From an uncultured bacterium (GTDB lineage Bacteria > Zhuqueibacterota > QNDG01 > DTFT01), in contig CAVTNR010000001.1 in assembly GCA_963736115.1 (NCBI GenBank), positions 1 through 64,000 on the forward strand: 64,000 nt of DNA. The letters are read 5' to 3'. A program made the position numbers and the translations under genes. The notes below the pieces were generated by a model. That model did not search any database. It was not told where the DNA came from and was given only the letters and a program-made list of their open reading frames with translations. Shown one piece after another: positions 42,845-53,089 of the stretch. The first letter of the stretch is position 1; the number at the start of each line of letters is the position of its first letter.

Positions 42845-43525
42845 ATGAGCAAGGTGCTTTTAATCGATTTCGAGAACGTGCAGGGCGTCAATCTCGCACA
42901 GGTTGATAAAATGGACTGCAAGGTGGCTGTGTTCACGGGCAACATGCAGAGCAAGGTGCCCATTGACCTGGTGACCTCGGCCCAGCGCCTGGGCGGCCGG
43001 CTGGAGTGGATACGCATCGACGGGACCGGGCCCAATGCCCTGGATTTTCACATCGCCTACGTTCTGGGTTTGATGATTTCCGAAAATCCCGGAGATGAAT
43101 ATTATATCCTCTCACGGGACCGCGGCTTCGATCCCCTGATCCGTCACATCCTGAAGGGAAAGACCTTCTGCAAGCGGATCGCCAGCGTGTCCGAGATCGG
43201 GCCAGTCAAGAAAACAAGGGACACGAAGGAGGTAAGAGAACCGCGGGAAATCAGGGAAACCAGAGAATCCAAGGAGACCAGGGAACCCAAGGCGGAGTCC
43301 GGCCGGAAGAACAGGGACACGGATGATCATTACACCAAGGTGCTGGCCAATCTGAAGAAAATCGACAAAAGCCGCAGGCCCAGGAACCGTAAAACCCTGA
43401 AACAGCATATAAAGTCCATGTTCGGTAAGCCGGTATCCGAAGAGAAGCTGGACCGGATCATCGACCAGCTGTTCGGGGCGAGGATGATATCCGAGGAAAA
43501 CGGGAGGATTGTGTATAAGGTTTAA
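42845..43525 (+). CDS. PIN/NYN-like domain protein
   Basis: LLIDFENVQ, GPNALDFHIAYVLG, LSRDRGFDPL; charged linker; RPRNRKTL C-terminal domain. Confidence 0.85.
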   Translation: MSKVLLIDFENVQGVNLAQVDKMDCKVAVFTGNMQSKVPIDLVTSAQRLGGRLEWIRIDGTGPNALDFHIAYVLGLMISENPGDEYYILSRDRGFDPLIRHILKGKTFCKRIASVSEIGPVKKTRDTKEVREPREIRETRESKETREPKAESGRKNRDTDDHYTKVLANLKKIDKSRRPRNRKTLKQHIKSMFGKPVSEEKLDRIIDQLFGARMISEENGRIVYKV

Positions 43526-43675
43526 ACCCCGGGGTCTCTTTTGGAATAGATGCTTCATTTTCCGTTGGGTTCATGACAGCCGGTTGTGCACCCCGGGGTC
43601 ATGGTTTCCATGGGAGGATTGTGGTTAAGATGTGATGCTGTGCGTCGCAAATCCCGCAAGATCGGACCTGAACAC

Positions 43676-45136
43676 ATGAGACTCTCCGCCACAGACATCT
43701 ACACACTGTACAGTCCGTCCTTTTGCGAGCTGCGGGTTTACCTGAACGCGCATGGAAAGCCCGGTAAAGGTCCCGGTGAGTTCGAAAAACTCCTGTTCGA
43801 ACTCGGCCGGCGGCATGAGAAGCAGTACCTCGAAACGTTTCCGAAGCATGTCAATCTTGCCGGCGTGGACATGGACCGAAGGGCGGTCCGGACCCTGGAG
43901 GCGGTCCGAAAAGGGGAGCCGGTCCTGTACCAGGGCGTGCTGAAATCGCTCCTGGACGGGTCGCGTGCCGAGGTCACCGGTATACCGGACCTGATGATAC
44001 GGGACAACGGATCTTATGTCATCATGGACTGCAAACTCAGCCGTCACGCGGATTTCAAGAGTCATCCTGAAATTTTTCTTCAGCTCCAGGTATACGGATG
44101 GCTGTTCGAGAAAAATTTCGGGATGCGGCCCGCGGGACTGAAGGTCTTTCGAGGGGACAGGACGTTGGAGGAGCTCCCGTACAACGGCGGGGAGGACGCG
44201 CTCCGGGCCCTGAATCTCATCCGCATGAACGCCTGCCTCCCAAAAGAGCCGTATTCCCCGGTCGGCTGGTCCAAATGCGGCGGATGCGCCTTCAACGAAG
44301 GGTGTTGGAAAATCGCCATCGACACGACCGACCCCGCGATCATACCTGATCTCGATCAGTCCGCTGCTAAGACGCTCCGGGAAATGGGCGTCAGAACCCT
44401 TGATGACCTGCTGAACCGTTTCACCGAGGAGTCGCTGTCCGAATTGGAGCGGCCTTGGGGGCACAAAATGCGGCGGATCGGCGCCTCGGCCGCGGGAATT
44501 TTGAAGCACGCCCAAGCCCTGACGCGGAACGAGTGCAATCTCATCCGCGCTCCGGAACTGCCCGAATCTAAGAACTGGGTCATGTTCGATCTGGAGGGCC
44601 TGCCGCCCTGGTTCGATGAATTGGACAAGATCTATCTGTGGGGGACGCAGGTTTTCGGGGAACAGAAGGGGGATTACCAGGCGGCCATGGCCGGATTCGG
44701 GGAGGACGGGGACCGGGAGGGCTGGTTCCGCTTTCTGGAGAACAGCGCGGCCATTTTTAAGTCCCTCGGCGACATCCCATTTATCCACTGGCACCATTAC
44801 GAGAGGGTCAAGGTCGAGACGTACATCGAACGGTACGGGGACCGGAAGGGGATTGCGGAGCGGGTTCTGAAGAACTGCACCGATCTGCTCCCGATCACGA
44901 AAAAATCCGTTGTACTTCCGGTGCACAGCTACAGCCTGAAAGTCATCGAGAAGCTGGCCGGGTTCAGACGTTCCATGGAGGAATTCGGGGGCGACTGGTC
45001 CATTGCGCAGTACATTCGCGCGGTCGAGACCGGGGACGACAGGCTCAGGCAGGAAATCGTATCCGAGATTCAGAAATACAACCGCGAAGACCTGGAGGCG
45101 ACCTGGGCGGTTCTGCAGTGGTTGAAGCGATTCTGA
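43676..45136 (+). CDS. TM0106-family RecB/Cas4-like nuclease with RNase H-like domain
   Basis: GIPDLM..IMDCKLS, QLQVYG, CGGCAFNEGC, FDLEG, HWHHYE, SYSLKVIE, YNREDLEAT. Confidence 0.88.
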   Translation: MRLSATDIYTLYSPSFCELRVYLNAHGKPGKGPGEFEKLLFELGRRHEKQYLETFPKHVNLAGVDMDRRAVRTLEAVRKGEPVLYQGVLKSLLDGSRAEVTGIPDLMIRDNGSYVIMDCKLSRHADFKSHPEIFLQLQVYGWLFEKNFGMRPAGLKVFRGDRTLEELPYNGGEDALRALNLIRMNACLPKEPYSPVGWSKCGGCAFNEGCWKIAIDTTDPAIIPDLDQSAAKTLREMGVRTLDDLLNRFTEESLSELERPWGHKMRRIGASAAGILKHAQALTRNECNLIRAPELPESKNWVMFDLEGLPPWFDELDKIYLWGTQVFGEQKGDYQAAMAGFGEDGDREGWFRFLENSAAIFKSLGDIPFIHWHHYERVKVETYIERYGDRKGIAERVLKNCTDLLPITKKSVVLPVHSYSLKVIEKLAGFRRSMEEFGGDWSIAQYIRAVETGDDRLRQEIVSEIQKYNREDLEATWAVLQWLKRF

Positions 45137-45193
45137 GCGGCAACTGCGATACACCTTTAATGCGCATCGCAGGGTTTTCAGGGAGGGAGAAAA

Positions 45194-45556
45194 ATGAACC
45201 GGATACTGGTCGTGGGAGACACGATCGGAGACATTATTGCGCGGTTTCTGCGCCAGGACGGCTGGCCGGTCACGGTGTTGCGCGAAACCGCGAATATCCA
45301 GGCCGTTTACGAAGCGTTGAGTCGCACGCCGTTCGCCGCGGTCCTGATCACCGACGACACCATGGGTATCAGCCACATCAGCACCATGGTCCCGATCATC
45401 CATAATTACTTTCCGGGCGTCCGGATCATGGTGCTGTCCGGTTACTATGATGACGAACTGGTCCGGAGCTGGAAGCTTTCAGGCGCGGCCGGCTTCATGC
45501 CCATGCCCTTCGACGGGCTGGGCCTGGCCCAATGCGTGAGGCGGATGATGGAATGA
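45194..45556 (+). CDS. Stand-alone atypical response-regulator receiver
   Basis: RILVVGD, LITDD, VLSGY, GAAGFMPMPF (receiver fold; KP replaced by MP). Confidence 0.75.
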   Translation: MNRILVVGDTIGDIIARFLRQDGWPVTVLRETANIQAVYEALSRTPFAAVLITDDTMGISHISTMVPIIHNYFPGVRIMVLSGYYDDELVRSWKLSGAAGFMPMPFDGLGLAQCVRRMME

Positions 45557-45696
45557 CGGAACTCCCCAATGCGACGCACGTGAGACGCACGTCACGTGTC
45601 GCGGACGGTCAGTTGGAGGGCATCAGGAGGCGCACGGCTGTCCCGCCCTCCGGAAAAGTGGACAACACTGGAACCCCGCAAAGGAGGGATGCGATC

Positions 45697-48600
45697 ATGA
45701 AAAACCGGATCACCCGTTGGGGGCTGGCTCTTTCGCTCATGGCCTTCCGGACCGCTGCGGCCGCCGATTATCTCGCCGATTTCAGCCAATTCCCGGCCTA
45801 CGCCTACAACACAGTCGCCTACCTGCAGGGGGGCGCCTATGTGGGATGCGGCCCCACGACCGGGGCGATGATGTTTGCCTATTTCCAGGCGCGCCATTCT
45901 CTGACCGGTCTTCTGACCAATCCCGGTACGGGCGCGGACGCGGGTTTGAACACAGCCTGGGCCCTGCACGGCCAGTCGTACATGAAAACGCAGAACAACG
46001 GTTTCGGGGATGTGCAGTACATCCAGTCCGGACTGGAGCAGTACGCGGCCGACCGGGGTTTTTCCCTGAAAGTCACGATTCATGCCAGTACCTGGTATTC
46101 CGACCCGGCTTCGCCGGATGCCGCGTGGCTGAACGCGTACGGCCCGTACGGGGACGCCTGGATGAACGACGGAGCGTTCTGGATCCGCAATACCAATAGC
46201 ACCTGGACGATCGATCCTGATCTGTTCTGCGATTTTATGTTCATGTGCCTCGGTCAAGGCGTGCCGGTATTCCTCACCATTGACACGAACGCGGACGGCG
46301 GAGGGGACCACTGGGTGGCTCTGGTGGGCTATGACCGGACGTCCAAACAGTACGCATTCTACAACACCTATGATACGGCCCTGCACTGGGCGGACATCTA
46401 TTATATGGGCGACCCCGCAGGAAAACGGGCCAACAGCATCTCCATGGTGCGCACCGTGGAGTTGATGCTGGCGGAGCCGGACATCGCCGTTGACTGGACT
46501 TCATGGAATTTCGGCTCCGTGGAAGTCGGGGGAGACGGCCCGGTCCAGTACCTCACGGTCACGAATACCGGAGGTTCGGATCTCGACGTTGCGGAGATCT
46601 CACTGACGGGCGCGAACGCTTCGGATTTCTCGATTCTCAACGGCGGAGCGTTCACACTCATACCCGGCAACGGCCGTCAGATCGGGGCGCGTTTCAACCC
46701 GGTCTCGGCCGGGGCCGAAAAGCACCCAGCTGGTCCTGACCAGCAACGACCCGGACGAGAATCCGCTGACGATTTCGTTGACGGGGACTGCCACGGACGG
46801 GAGCGGCACGCCGATGAATCTTCTGACGGTGGACCTGGGCCAGGGCGTTGTGAACGACCTTGCCTCGATCGGTACGACCCTCTTCGCCGCGACCGAAACG
46901 GGCGGTGTGCTCCGATCCGACGACCACGGGAACACCTGGAATCCAATGAACACCGGGCTCACGAATATAACGGTCCGGTGTCTGCTCGCAGACGGGACGC
47001 GTTTGTACGCCGGCACGTGGGGCGGCGGAGTTTTTCGCTCGGACAACAGCGGCGGCTTGTGGACGCCCATGTCCTCGGGAATGACCAACCTGCACGTGAC
47101 CTCCCTGGCGATCGATCCGCCCGGCCTTGAGGGAGCCCAGCGCATGCTCGCGGGCACCTGGGGGGGAGTGTTCAGCCTCATCCAGCCTGCCGAGACCTGG
47201 ACCGAGGTCAATGCCGGCCTGACTGAAACGCACGTCCGTTCAGTTCTGCTGGCCGGCACGTTCGCTTTCGCGGGCACCATTGACGGCCTGTTCCGCTCTC
47301 CTGACCTGGGACAGACTTGGTCCACGGTCCACAACGGCCTGACCAACACCGCGGCCATTTCGCTTGAAAGAAGGGGGGGACTCCTGTTCGCGGGGACAGA
47401 CGGCGGGGGCGTCTTCTTCTCGGGGGACAACGGTGACGCGTGGGCCGGATATTTCCTGAACGATCCAGCGGCCGTCGTTCCGGATCTGAAGGCGTTCGAC
47501 ACCGGCCTGTTCGTGGCGACCTGGGGCTCGGGTCCGTTCTTCAAGGATGAGGAATCCGATTTCGGCCTCGGCCTGACCGCAATCACGGAATCGAACATCC
47601 GATCCGTGACCGTGGCCCGCATTGATCCGGACACGGGTGAATTCGCGGTTCTCCTGGGCACGGAGTCGGGGAACGTCTGGTTTTATTATCCCGATACTCA
47701 ATACCCTGTCGTGGTCGACGGCGAAAAGGATCGGTTCTATGAAACCCTGACCGGACCGGATGACGGATATCTTCAGCTCCGCTCCTACGCCTGGAACGAC
47801 GTCGGCGCGCCGGACGGGGACGATGACCTGTCCGCCCGGATCTGGACGGCCTGGGACGGGAAGTGGTTCTACCTGTACGAAGAAGTGAATGACGACGCGA
47901 TCTCCGCGGACGGCCAGAATGCGTGGGAGCAGGACGGTTTGGAGCTTAAATTCGATCCCGTGCCTGCGGATACCACGATTGATTCTGTGTGGGACTGCCG
48001 TCTGACGGCGCTGGACGACGCGTCCCCGGGGGTCATCGTCTGGGACGACCTCACCCAGGCGCCGGAGTACGCTTGGAAACAATGGCGGCGCAAGACGATA
48101 CCGGGCGGCTACGCGCTGGAACTGGCCGTTCAATGGCAGGCGATCACGGCCAACGGCGAAACCATCGCCCCCCAGGAAGGAACCGAGTTCGGTATGGCGA
48201 TCAAGCAGCATGACAACGACGAGGCCGCCGGAATCACGGCCATGGTTCAGTGGTCCGCCGTGCTCCGGGACGCGGTGTGGAACACGCCCAAGTACATGGG
48301 CACGGTGAGACTGCTCCCGGATCACAGGATGCAATTCATCCCATCGAATAAAATGACGGGCGTGGCGAATCCCGTCCCATACGACGGGTCCGAATACACG
48401 CGTTCCGGGATCGCGGACGCGGCCGGGGATCCCGCTGCGTTCGGCCTCATGCAGAATTATCCGAATCCGTTCAATCCGTCCACGACGGTGTCTTTTTCCC
48501 TGCCGCGGGCGTCCACGACGCGAGTTGCGGTTTTCGATGTCCGGGGCCGGGAAGTGGCGGTTTTGGCCGAGGGAAGGCTTCGCGCGGGCGGCCATCGCAT

Positions 48601-48697
48601 CTCCTTCGACGGCACGGGTCTGGCTGCGGGGGTGTATATTGTAAAATTGGAAACGGATTCCGGCGCTGCGGCACGGAAAATGGCGCTGGTGAAATAG
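45697..48697 (+). CDS. T9SS-type cargo: C10/C39-like cysteine peptidase, Ig-like domain, BNR propeller, CBM9-like domain, CTD; frameshift near 46720
   Basis: Signal peptide; GCGPT, DHWVALVGY; FGSVEVG..VTNTGGSDL; SDDHGNTW/SDNSGGLW repeats; VVDGEKD..WDGKWFY..VNDD; NYPNPFNP...KMALVK. Confidence 0.8.
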
Positions 48698-48849
48698 TCA
48701 CCGCGGGTCAAGGGCAGCGTATGATGAAACGCGTCGCAACGGTTGATCCGTCCCCATCCTCCTGATGGACAAAAACACCTTGATTCCATTGAAAAAAATC
48801 GTTTAATTAATAACAGGGAATCATTCGATTTATAGAAGGAGGAAAGGAA

Positions 48850-49599
48850 ATGTCGGATAAGGGAACCAAGAAGAAACTGACCCATGTGGGCGGAGACACG
48901 CCTCAGGCGGGCGGCGGCCGGCCGTTCGTTCCGACCGCGGAGAGCAAGGGCAAGGCCAAGACCCTGCGGCTGTTCGCGATCCTCTCGTTTCTCGTCGCGT
49001 TCGGTTTCGAAATCGCCGCCATTCTCCAGCTCGGAAAGGCGCCGGTCAATACCGCGGTGCTCATCGCCCTGATCGTGGCGGACCTGATTTTCGCGGTCGT
49101 CGGCTCGCTTCTGTGGAAGAAGTCGAACCGGCTCGATCCGGCTTCAGAGAAAGAGTCGTTTAAGTTTTTCGTTCAGAACCAGCTCGGCGCCATTCTAAGT
49201 GTGCTGGCCTTCCTGCCCCTGGTCATCCTCATCTTCACGAACAAGAACCTGAAGGGCAAACAGAAGGGCCTCGTCGGCGCGGTGGCCGTGGTCGCCATGC
49301 TCATCGCGAGCATCATCGGCGTGGATTTCAACCCGCCTTCCGTGGAGCAGTACGCGGAACAGACGGCCCGCGTCGAATCCCTGAACAACGGCCTGAACCA
49401 CGTGTACTGGACGCAGTACGGCGGCAGCTATCACCTGTTCTCCGACTGCGGCTACATCAATTCGGCCAAAACGGACGAGATCTTCCAGGGCACGGTGGCG
49501 CAGGCGCGCGAACTGAAGAACATCACCGACCTCTGCGACCGGTGCGGCGCCCGGGCGGAGAAGGATAAGGCGCTGGGGGCCGGGGCAGCAGTCGAATAG
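48850..49599 (+). CDS. Membrane protein with C-terminal Ada-like metal-binding motif
   Basis: Four TM segments; VYWTQYGGSYHLFSDC...LCDRC. Confidence 0.75.
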   Translation: MSDKGTKKKLTHVGGDTPQAGGGRPFVPTAESKGKAKTLRLFAILSFLVAFGFEIAAILQLGKAPVNTAVLIALIVADLIFAVVGSLLWKKSNRLDPASEKESFKFFVQNQLGAILSVLAFLPLVILIFTNKNLKGKQKGLVGAVAVVAMLIASIIGVDFNPPSVEQYAEQTARVESLNNGLNHVYWTQYGGSYHLFSDCGYINSAKTDEIFQGTVAQARELKNITDLCDRCGARAEKDKALGAGAAVE

Positions 49600-49676
49600 C
49601 CGTCGCTGTCCCGAGCATCGTCAGTCCCGGTAAAGATCCCCGACGAAAGAACTCGGGGATGACAGAAATAAATTAC

Positions 49677-49810
49677 AGCCTCTCGCGGATCAGGAATAAG
49701 CCGAGGGAGGCTTGCTTTAAAGGACAGACCTGAAAGGTCTTCAAGACCTTTCAGGTCTGCGCGTTAAAGCGGAATCCTCCCGGAGCCTCGGAAGAATCCC
49801 GCAAGCCGGA
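49677..49810. repeat. Composite REP cluster (family B, family A, B-like)
   Basis: Family A CAGACCTGAAAGGTCT-TCA-AGACCTTTCAGGTCTG at 49725-49759, flanked by CCTC(C/T)CG hairpins. Confidence 0.8.
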
Positions 49811-49817
49811 GAATGCG

Positions 49818-50318
49818 ATGGACTGGCTCCTCCTCATACTCGGCCTCCTTCTGATGCCGCTCGGCATCGCAGGCTGCATACTGCCGGTTCTGCCCGGCCC
49901 GCCGCTGTGCTTCGCGGGTCTCCTGCTCGTTCACTTCACTCGGTTCGCCGAGTTTTCGGAACCGCTGCTGTTCACGGCCGGCGGCCTGGTCATCGCCATG
50001 CAGATCATCGACTATTACACACCCGCCTGGGGCGCGAAAAAATACGGCGGCTCAAAGCGCGGCGAGGTCGGGAGCATCCTCGGCCTGTTGGCCGGCCTAT
50101 TCTTCCTGCCGCCCCTTGGGCCCTTCGGCCTGGTCACCGTGATCGGCGGGCCTTTCGTGGGCGCCTTTATCGCGGAACTGCTCGGCGGCGCGGACCCCAA
50201 CCGCGCCCTGTCCTCGGCTTTCGGCACTTTCGTCGGGTTTATCGCCGGGACTCTTTTGCGCGTGATTCTGTCCATCGCGATCGCGGTGATGACAGTGATC
50301 GGCATATTCCGGACCTGA
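49818..50318 (+). CDS. DUF456-family membrane protein
   Basis: GCILPVLPGPPL, DYYTPAWGAKKYGGSK, GPFVGAFIAEL. Confidence 0.9.
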   Translation: MDWLLLILGLLLMPLGIAGCILPVLPGPPLCFAGLLLVHFTRFAEFSEPLLFTAGGLVIAMQIIDYYTPAWGAKKYGGSKRGEVGSILGLLAGLFFLPPLGPFGLVTVIGGPFVGAFIAELLGGADPNRALSSAFGTFVGFIAGTLLRVILSIAIAVMTVIGIFRT

Positions 50319-50436
50319 TTGAGATTGCCGAGGCCGCGGAAGCGGGAGCCCCGTGAAACGGGGCCAATTAGTTTATATAATTCAGAGTATTGAAGGCCTC
50401 CGCGGGGAGAAAAGATGGCGGAAACCTCCCGCCGAA

Positions 50437-50520
50437 CAGACCTGAAAGGTCTTGAAGACCTTTCAGGTCTGAGTGTGAAATCCGTACCCTTCCGGAGGTC
50501 CCAGACCTTCGGGAGGCGGT
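50437..50520. repeat. Family A palindrome plus degenerate family B
   Basis: CAGACCTGAAAGGTCTTGAAGACCTTTCAGGTCTG at 50437-50471. Confidence 0.8.
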
Positions 50521-50691
50521 CAATGATGGCCCGCGAATTGCCTGACTTTTGGTTCAGAAGCCCCGGACACCGGATGCGATCCGATCCAATCGCCGCTGAA
50601 TCAATGAGATATCCCTTTCAGGTCGAAACGGGCGGGGCTCAGAAGTCCGAGACCGGCCTCGGAATTCCATTCCGTCATTCGGGAGGGCGTC

Positions 50692-52823
50692 ATGCGTCAG
50701 AAGAAAAGCCGCATCCGCGAGTTCGAATTCCATTACCTGACCGAGCTGACGGCCCGGGGCATCAAGCCCTTGAGCCGGTGGGAAGGGCCGCTTTCGGACC
50801 GGAGCCGCAAACTGCTCCGCGGCAGGAGTCTGTCCGTTGAAACCGTCTCCAGGATGACGGAGTCCGGAAGGCGAGTCGAGGAAACGGTTTCAGCGCGTCT
50901 AGCCGGTACACCAGCTTGTACAGCCGCAGATTCGGGAATACGCTGATCAGTGACCGGGCCGCGGACCGCAGAACGGAAGGATTCCTGTTCGGTTATCCGT
51001 CGTGCTGTGTCTCGGAATTCGTCCGGCGGCCCTACAAACCGAACGGCCTCGACCGGCGCACCCAGTCCATGCTCTTCCACTGGGCCTGTGAAGAATGCAG
51101 GTCCACTGCCGATCTGATCCCCTATTATCGTTCCAGCCATGATTCCGTGTCCGGCCGGATGGGCGGTTTCGACCCACTGAAGGCCTCCGATGCTCCGGTC
51201 CGGAGGTCCCTGAACCTCGCGGTGATCGCGCTCGCGCTGTCGGGCGGCCTCCTGTCCGCGAAAACGCCGGCCGATTCCACCCATTTCATCGCTTTGCCGG
51301 GAGACGTAAATTCAAACGGCCTGTCCTATGCCGAGGAAATCCGGCTTGGCACATTCGACCGCGGATTCGATCTGACGGAATGCCATATCCGGGCGGCTCT
51401 GTTCAAGGCCCGAATCGATTCCCTGCCGGACACCGTGCAGACGGACCGGGCTTATAAAATTGAACACGTCCTGCGCGGCGTGGTGCAATGCGCGAAATGC
51501 GGGACCTGGGTGAATATGGGTTCCGTCACGATCGCGCATCCGATCCGCGGCCTGCAGATGGAACTCCCGTACCTCGCGCTCCACTTCATGGAGAACGGGT
51601 ATTTTTCCTATGGCGGCGACAAGGACTTTCAGCGTGCTGATGTGGACACACTCAAGGCCATCCTGTTTCCGTTCGACGCGGCGCACGGCTTGGCTGTTCC
51701 GGCTGACTCGGACGGAGACGGCCTGACGGACGCGGAAGAGGACAGCCTGTTTTTCGACGGATGGTCGACGATTCCGGACCGGGACGGCGACGGACTGCCG
51801 GACGGACCGGACCTGGCCGAGGACCTGATCCGCCTGTTTCCGAAACTGAAGGAGCAGGCCGACGGACTGCACAGCCATGTGGCGTTCAAGCCGGTCTGGG
51901 GGCAGGAAACCTGCGGTGTCTGCGGCTCCGTGCACAATATGGGAACAATCATCATCACCAATCCGGAAAACGGCCGCGAGTTTGAAATTCCCTATCTTGG
52001 TCTGCACGCCCTGGCTCATGGCCATTTCTCCTATGACGGCTCCATTCACCCGAACGGCCGCGCATCGGCCTTCGACCTGTTCCGGGCGATGAAAACCCAT
52101 CACCTCCATATCGACGGGGACTCGGATAATGACGGGCTGAAGGACGAAGAGGAGGGCCGTTTCGGATTTGACCCGAATGCCGCGGATTCGGACGGCGACG
52201 GTGTGCCCGACGGCATGGACCTGGCGCTGACTTTGGCGGATTCATTGATGGCTCTGCCCGCGGTTCCGGGAACCGCCGGGCCCTACCTGGAAGACGCGGC
52301 CATGTACGGTATTCAGTTCTGCCTGATCTGCGGCGGGCAGATCAACATGGGCGTTTATCGCATCCATAACCCGCTGATCAACACGCCTTCGCCCCTGGAG
52401 GTCAGCCATTACGCCTTCCATTTCCTGGCAAAAGGAAGTTTCGCTTTCGAAGGGGAGGAGAGCGGCAGAATCGATCCGCTCCGGCTCGCGGATTTTCTGA
52501 GTGTGCCGTCCGGCATTCATCCCGTTCCGGCTTCAGCCGGGCCTGCGGTGTTCGATTTGCGCCAGAACCACCCGAATCCGTTCAATTCAAGCACCATGAT
52601 TCCCTACCGGCTGTCCGGCCGATCCGCTGTGTCACTGAAGTTGTTCGACATTCGCGGCCGTTGGATCAGGACTCTGGTCGATGGCGTCGAGGAACCGGGA
52701 GAGAGGACTGCGGCTTGGGACGGCCTGTCAGCGGAAGGTGTTCCCGCGGGATCCGGTTTTTACCTGTACGAGCTGTCGGTGGATGGGGTAAAGCGCTCGG
52801 GAAAGATGCTGATGGTCCGATAA
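50692..52823 (+). CDS. DUF483-like N-domain, internal signal/TM, three CxxC..NMG..H repeats, T9SS/FlgD-type CTD; frameshift near 50890
   Basis: GGAGGG RBS at 50692; EGFLFGYPSCCV; RRSLNLAVIALALSGGLLSA; CAKC/CGVC/CLIC repeats; DSDGDG motifs; NHPNPFNS...KMLMVR. Confidence 0.75.
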
Positions 52824-52842
52824 GAGCCCGCGGGACGCATGA

Positions 52843-52925
52843 AAACCTCAAAGGTCTTACCGACCTTTCAGGTTTATATATTGAGAACAGAACCTCCCGG
52901 AAGCTCGGAGCCTCCGGGAGGTTCT
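52843..52925. repeat. Composite REP (family A + family B)
   Basis: AAACCTCAAAGGTCTTACCGACCTTTCAGGTTT, then AGAACCTCCCGGA-N11-TCCGGGAGGTTCT. Confidence 0.75.
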
Positions 52926-53089
52926 CTGTTTTGTGACGAACTTTTACTTGTTTTTTCCGTATGATATCATAACCTTAGCAGCATTATTCCAACAGCCTGG
53001 AATATCAGGCAGTTAAACACCGTCTGGAATTCCGGCGCAGGCAAATGATCCCGATCTCCTTCCATCATTAATTATCATAAGGAAAGCGA

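Noticed and set aside
43527-43600. Repeated ACCCCGGGGTC motif (similar at 33016 and 62700)
   Set aside because: Short GC palindrome that could arise by chance in GC-rich DNA; no consistent context.
43676-45136. Cas4 / CRISPR adaptation gene
   Set aside because: Length and the RNase H-like C-terminus fit the TM0106 family; no cas1/cas2 or array nearby.
36048-45403. Long minus-strand ORFs (36048-37922, 40742-42472, 43625-45403)
   Set aside because: Antisense shadows of well-supported GC-rich plus-strand genes; no recognisable motifs.
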